From assembly GCA_044892525.1 (NCBI GenBank), contig CM097885.1, positions 31,250,001-31,314,000 on the forward strand: 64,000 nucleotides of DNA, in the 5' to 3' direction. Made by a program: the position numbers and the translations under genes. A model generated the notes under the pieces. It was not told where the DNA came from. It searched no databases and was given only the letters and a program-made list of their open reading frames with translations. Source of the stretch: Schmidtea polychroa (lineage: Eukaryota). Below are positions 63,578 through 64,000 of the stretch, piece after piece (the stretch's first letter is position 1; every line of letters starts with the position of its first letter).

Positions 63578-63754
63578 CATTATTATAATTATTATTTTCA
63601 AAGAACTATCATAAATTTAGTATAAAGATATATGAAGATATATAAATACTATATATAAATAAAATTAGTATAAAGATAATTGGATGGGAGTCATATTTGT
63701 TTAGGGGGAGGGGTGAAGTCCGGGGGATGTCCGGAGAGGAGATGTCCTGATACC
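63367..63754. mobile_element. MITE, possibly MULE-type, containing a copy of the Polinton internal motif
   Basis: TIR core AGGACATCTCC/GGAGATGTCCT; imperfect 9-bp TSD CGAGATAGT/CAAGATAGT. Confidence 0.6.
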
Positions 63755-64000
63755 CAAGATAGTGTATATCAATTCAATATTTCATAAAAAGGGTGTGTTA
63801 ATTATTGCATACCCGACCTATACTCTACCAGTCCGTATTTTCTAGAATAGAGCAAGTGAAGTTCATATTTTCTATATACATGTCGTCTATTTCACAAAAC
63901 CAAGTTGCACGATAATGTACTTCGATAACATATTTCATAACCTCGCTATTACGACTGGTTGATGTGTTCCGTGCCAAGACGGAGACTCTCAATTTTCAGG

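Overview
AT-rich eukaryotic genomic window with ~40-bp introns and long (AAT)n/(TA)n tracts; a planarian-like invertebrate is my inference only. Host genes are the last three exons of a GAD/GADL1/CSAD-family decarboxylase (+), a 4-exon COX5B-like gene with a long C-terminal extension (+), and a divergent multi-exon PKA catalytic subunit (-). Most of the rest is transposon-derived: decayed Ty3/Gypsy copies, two Merlin elements, a hAT pseudogene and several MITEs. The centrepiece is a 14,678-bp Polinton/Maverick-type endogenous virus at 9276-23953. It has AGTAGTAG termini, a GAGAAA 6-bp TSD and ~1.4-1.55-kb TIRs, and sits inside a Merlin transposase. It has an intact virion module (packaging ATPase, pX-like protein, integrase, minor capsid, core protein, major capsid, adenain protease) but no recognisable protein-primed DNA polymerase. 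It does encode a TATA-binding-protein (TBP) homologue, has short spliceosomal introns in three genes, and carries TIR arrays of TCAAGGTCA (NR5A/ERR-type) and TGACTCA (AP-1) motifs. Separately, a dispersed ~240-nt repeat (three copies) shows compensatory base changes typical of a conserved structured RNA, and several other GC-richer fold-back islands occur.
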